NCBI GenBank assembly: GCA_965655095.1
Contig: OZ296654.1
Coordinates: 70,122,001-70,186,000 of the forward strand
Direction: 5' to 3'
Source: Haplodiscus bocki
Taxonomy: Eukaryota
DNA: 64,000 bases
The notes beneath the pieces were generated by a model, which worked only from the letters and a program-made list of their open reading frames with translations, had not been told where the DNA came from and ran no database searches. This document shows positions 61,979-64,000 of this stretch, piece by piece; positions within the stretch are counted from its first letter, which is position 1, and each line of letters begins with the position of its first letter. Both the position numbers and the translations under genes were made by a program.

Positions 61979-62197
61979 CTTGTCCCAGGCGGCCAAAGAA
62001 TTGAACTTCACAGAAATTCAAGTAGTTGTTGGTATTGAGCAAATGCACTTGGTTTCCTCTCAAATCCAATCCAGGCCCACATAGCACTGTGATCCATTGT
62101 GTCATGTCCTGCCCTTCGGGAATCTCGACAACTCCACATCGCTGGCAGTTGGAGCCTTTGAAGCAGAAGTCAATTAATGTTCCCGCGATACGTTGAG
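61979..62197 (-). CDS. Exon 2 of F-type lectin-like gene (C-half of domain 1)
   Basis: TTTTAG| acceptor, 219 bp, phase 1-1; QRIAGTLI..CQRCG...VLCGPGLDLRGNQVHL..YLNFCEVQFFG. Confidence 0.8.
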
Positions 62198-63112
62198 CTA
62201 AAACATCAGTCGACAATATTACATTTCTATGACTTTCATATTTATAGAGAATACCACATTTGACTTTCTATGATTTCCATTTTTGTTCTATGCAGGTCAA
62301 CCAGGCATCCAGTAATTGAATGGAAGCATTTAGGTCTTGAAAGACATCATCTATGAAATGATATTGACCTAAAACATATATCGCATGATAAATTTTGCTT
62401 TGGCAGGTTTTATAATATACAAGGGGCGGACTATAGCTAAAATAAAAAAAACTCAAAATAATTACTAGTTTAGGAGCTACAACTAAAATCCGCCCCTGAT
62501 AATGAATTAGTGAATAAATTGTTCTTGCAATACATTGTCTCGTTCACAAATACCAATCGTAACTGGCCTAATTTTTGCAGATTAAATTTCCAAGCAGTTT
62601 CAGAGCTTTTCTGCTGGAGTTTGACAGAGTTTTATGAAGTCCAGTTCAGCAATTTGAATTCATATTTTTTCTCCCTCTTATGAGTTCAAAAATAGTAAAT
62701 TCCCTGAAATAGATAAAAAGACCAATCCTACAAAATTACAAATGATTACTAGCGCACTGAAAAACAAAAATGATTACTATATGATATTATGAAAAACAGG
62801 AAAGAATTAAAATATGCCTCTGCGTTTTCCAGTGTTGGGAACAAAAGATGCTTCGCTCCACTTTCGCTGCGCTCGCCTACACAAGATGCACACTCGGAAA
62901 AAAATTTAAGTTCCTTCACAGACTCGAACATGCAACCTTTGAGATGCCACCCACAAAAGTTGCATTTACACCTATGCTCATCTTCCTTCAGGGGTTTCAC
63001 GTATATTGTATCGTGCTATTGGCAAATTTGATGAGAAAAAAATCTGATTGTTGAATGATTTTCTTTCGGGCAGAAAACAACGAATGATTTGTGGGTACTG
63101 CGTTTTGGGCAG

Positions 63113-63404
63113 CCCGGGTCGAACTTTTTTTGGAAAACGCCGTTTTTTCCGGTACAGTGGCGTAAACGCCACTAACGCCGCTAACGCCGCTTGCTTACTA
63201 ACAAAACGCCGTTAACGCCTTTATACCGACAAGGACTGCCGTTAAAGGATTCAGCATTCCGGTTGAACGCCGTTAACGCTGTTATTTTCCGGTTAAAAGC
63301 CGTCAGCACCGCTATTTATCCGGTAAATAACTGCTTTTGTGGCTAATTTTGACCGCCGTTAACGCCCTTATACCGGAAAATTTCGGCCAATATTTGGACC
63401 CGGG
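63113..63404. mobile_element. MITE (292 bp) with CCCGGGTC TIRs and 2-bp TSD AG
   Basis: AG|CCCGGGTCGAA ... TTGGACCCGGG|AG; internal AACGCCG(TT) repeats. Confidence 0.85.
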
Positions 63405-63415
63405 AGGATACTTAC

Positions 63416-63646
63416 ATAACTCAGAAGAATCTGCCCGATTGATTATTTTCAAGTATTTCAGCTCCGAAATGGGTACCGTAAAAGTTGCCCAGCTGTCAAC
63501 AGGAGTTGATGAGACATAGCAGTTGTCCATGTTGGTGGAGTTATAGTTACCATCAAAGGTGTCCTCAATGGATGATCCAGAATGACTAGGCAATGTATTT
63601 TGCGCAACTGCACTCAGTATTGGAAGTTGCTCTGAGTCTTCAGCCG
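63416..63646 (-). CDS. Exon 1 (first in window) of F-type lectin-like gene (N-half of domain 1)
   Basis: TTGCAG| acceptor, |GTAAGT donor, 231 bp, phase 1-1; TFDGNYN...NCYVS...SWATF...LKIINRAD. Confidence 0.8.
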
Positions 63647-64000
63647 CTGCAATTTCAAAGTGAACATTTTATCAGGCACATATTTTTGTGAACTCGAAAG
63701 TGATCGAAAGTTTGGATTGATTAAGACACCCTCATACAAACCTTGAGAGTTTCATCATTTCTGGCAAAACGGTATTTCCAAAAATATTTCAGGAACAAAA
63801 TTTTCATGAAATTTTACGATGCATATCAGGATGTCTTCATTTTTGAAATCTTTTTGTTACTGTGTAGTTTTTTCGCAACCTCCGTTTTTATCATTTTGGC
63901 CCAATTTTGAAATTAAACAGAGGAAAATTCATCATAATTAGACATATTGGGCAAAGAATATCTTAATTTCAAAGATTCATGTATTCTCAAGTTTTTTTCC

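Overview
AT-rich eukaryotic (animal, probably marine invertebrate; inferred) genomic window dominated by nested transposable elements. No prokaryotic operons, rRNA, tRNA or CRISPR. Main contents: (1) a BEL/Pao LTR retrotransposon (1369-11362) with a three-LTR structure and an extra SGNH/GDSL-esterase-like ORF upstream of gag; (2) an older, internally deleted BEL/Pao relic; (3) an exon of an SVOP/SV2-like MFS transporter next to a 1.6-kb solo LTR; (4) a higher-order tandem array with apparently identical 2513-bp units; (5) a decayed Polinton/Maverick-type element (integrase, capsid-like gene, packaging ATPase) split by a Helitron; (6) an old envelope-bearing Gypsy element (43508-55839, minus) with a TARG1/Poa1p-like macrodomain inside pol and, between env and the 3' LTR, an accessory gene encoding a coiled coil plus a DnaJ (HPD) J-domain, the best candidate for an undescribed system; (7) four symmetric phase-1 exons of a gene with two F-type-lectin-like domains, its introns filled with CCC...GGG MITEs. 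Protein family calls come from manual translation and motif recognition, with no database search. Boundaries of decayed relics are approximate.
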